This document shows, in pieces, positions 62,788 through 64,000 of a stretch of DNA of 64,000 nt. The notes under the pieces are model-generated. The model searched no databases. It was not told the origin of the DNA and was given only the letters and a program-made list of their open reading frames with translations. The stretch is taken from the NCBI GenBank assembly GCA_025453495.1, contig JALOQM010000001.1, positions 15,664 through 79,663 of the forward strand, given 5' to 3'. The position numbers and the translations under genes are program-made. Numbering within the stretch: position 1 is the stretch's first letter; the number at the start of each line of letters is the position of its first letter. The stretch comes from Minisyncoccota bacterium. GTDB lineage: Bacteria; Patescibacteriota; Minisyncoccia; Phycocordibacterales; UBA9973.

Positions 62788-63999
62788 TTACTGAATCATA
62801 ACTTTTTTGCAATATCGAGCTTGGATGCTTGATACAGAAACAAGATATACTCCAGGTGTAAGGTTCTCACAATTGATTTCTGTCGAACCAAAGATTGCAA
62901 TAGACTTCAGTTCGCGACCAAACATGTCAGACATACTGATCTGATACTGAGCATTTTCAGGTAGCGTCACAACGACAGTACCTGAAAACAAATTCTGAGT
63001 AATCAATACATTAAGGGAATTCTCTTCGGGAATTGCAAGTGGCAAAGATACTGTCGCAAGGAAACCGTCAGCAAAAGCGTCGGCATTGGTAAGCGTCGTC
63101 GAACCAAACGTTGTTGATCCACCAGCATAACTGCCAATAATTTTAGCTTCTCCATTCATACCGGCACATATTGCTGTTGGTGATTCATCACCTGCACCAC
63201 CTGTCTGACAGGCAGAAACAACCGTGTTTGACCACGGTGCATACCTTGCTATGAATCCGTCTCTCAGACCAAAAGCAGTGTACGTAGTTTCTCCGATCAA
63301 CTGACTACCAGAAAAGGTGCCAGTCAGATACATATCACCATTTTGTCCCACACTAATACTTCCATCACTAGGTGAAACACCAGAACCGACAACCACAGCT
63401 ACTGCTCCAGTATTCGTACCTGTTATAAGGTTATATGTAGCAACACAATAAGAATACATACCAATATCCTGAATACCATACTGACCAAATACTATATTTC
63501 CTTGGTCAAATACTCCTACAATACTGAGATGGTTTCCTGACACGGCAATGCCTCGCGAGTAATCATACCCAACACTTCCTCCGCTTACAGCCCATACTTC
63601 TGTACCAGTTTGAGAAAACTTGACAATAAAGAAATTTTGTGTTCCTCGATTTACAAGTGATGCTGTAGCACAAACAAGAGAATCTGATTCAAATTGACCT
63701 TGTACGTACCAATTACCACTTGCGTCTACAGTAATACTTGTACCTGCTTCACGTAAGCTACTACCTCTTGCTTGGGCAAACACCACTGTTCCTGCAGTAT
63801 CAATACCGGCAATAAACATATCGCCATTATTTGTGGCATCAGAAAAAAAATAAGGACCGATCTGCAGAGTACTGTAGAATATACCAGTAACACCAAGCAT
63901 ACTGCCATGAGAGGCAATTGAAGTGATTATCTGGTCATTAACAGAACCGTAAGAATTTACCCAAACGACAGAAAGATCACTTGCGTGCACTTTTGCCAC
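62788..63999 (-). CDS. SBBP beta-propeller repeat protein with T9SS-type C-terminal sorting domain (N-terminus beyond the window end)
   Basis: The same repeat family. The C-terminus ISMSDMFGRELKSI...NCENLTPGVYLVSV...KKVMIQ is CTD-like. Confidence 0.5.
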   Translation of the reverse strand: MAKVHASDLSVVWVNSYGSVNDQIITSIASHGSMLGVTGIFYSTLQIGPYFFSDATNNGDMFIAGIDTAGTVVFAQARGSSLREAGTSITVDASGNWYVQGQFESDSLVCATASLVNRGTQNFFIVKFSQTGTEVWAVSGGSVGYDYSRGIAVSGNHLSIVGVFDQGNIVFGQYGIQDIGMYSYCVATYNLITGTNTGAVAVVVGSGVSPSDGSISVGQNGDMYLTGTFSGSQLIGETTYTAFGLRDGFIARYAPWSNTVVSACQTGGAGDESPTAICAGMNGEAKIIGSYAGGSTTFGSTTLTNADAFADGFLATVSLPLAIPEENSLNVLITQNLFSGTVVVTLPENAQYQISMSDMFGRELKSIAIFGSTEINCENLTPGVYLVSVSSIQARYCKKVMIQ

Positions 64000-64000
64000 A

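Overview
The window is 64 kb from a low-GC (~40%) bacterium. It has small-genome, Patescibacteria/CPR-like hallmarks: a 23S-5S rRNA operon with no linked 16S, a probable self-splicing intron and an intervening sequence inside the 23S gene, ribosomal proteins with C-terminal extensions, and a fragmented ribosomal-protein superoperon. Phylum is not asserted. All calls come from reading the sequence and the ORF track; no search or fold was run, and coordinates for RNAs, motifs and re-set gene starts are approximate (±1-2 nt).

Layout, left to right:
- 1-1017: the end of an ATP-synthase operon (atpB on the minus strand).
- 1.2-6 kb: an accessory stretch with a large metallophosphoesterase, a secreted protein, a 570-bp AT-rich ORF-free region, a DedA-family membrane protein and an orphan PEP-utilising mobile-domain fragment.
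- 6.1-16.1 kb: a compact minus-strand Type I restriction-modification defence island. Gene order is half-hsdS, hsdM, DUF2130, KTSC, hsdS, GIY-YIG, DinD/Bro-N-like, hsdR, DUF45 metallohydrolase.
- 16.1-19.5 kb: a divergent large serine recombinase, tRNA-Ser(GGA), a 5'-truncated def remnant and tRNA-Arg(CCG).
- 19.5-27.7 kb: housekeeping genes (htpX, a four-helix-bundle protein of the 23S-IVS family, lemA, secDF, a PAP2 phosphatase, folD, a SEDS protein).
- 27.8-32.1 kb: 5S and 23S rRNA on the minus strand. The 23S carries a ~530-nt ORF-less insertion at the classic group I intron homing site, and a ~260-nt IVS-like insertion whose stem is a perfect 22-bp inverted repeat and whose loop holds a tRNA-like T-arm.
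- 35.4-52 kb: ribosomal genes. rplJL is followed by a beta-propeller gene; the spc operon is cut off after rplE by a terminator; the rplE-rpsS block ends at an inserted membrane-protein gene between rpsS and rplB; then rplB through rpsJ, tuf and fusA. Two metabolic genes (a purine nucleoside phosphorylase and an SDR) sit between fusA and rpsG-rpsL.
- 52-64 kb: a tRNA with anticodon UAU, ftsH, smpB-ssrA (tmRNA), a pair of 30-bp direct repeats, a peptidoglycan-binding secreted protein, pgk-tpiA, and SBBP beta-propeller surface proteins carrying T9SS-type C-terminal sorting domains.

The three items most worth follow-up are the embedded accessory genes in the Type I R-M island, the structured 23S intervening sequence, and the recombinase plus tRNA-bounded segment.
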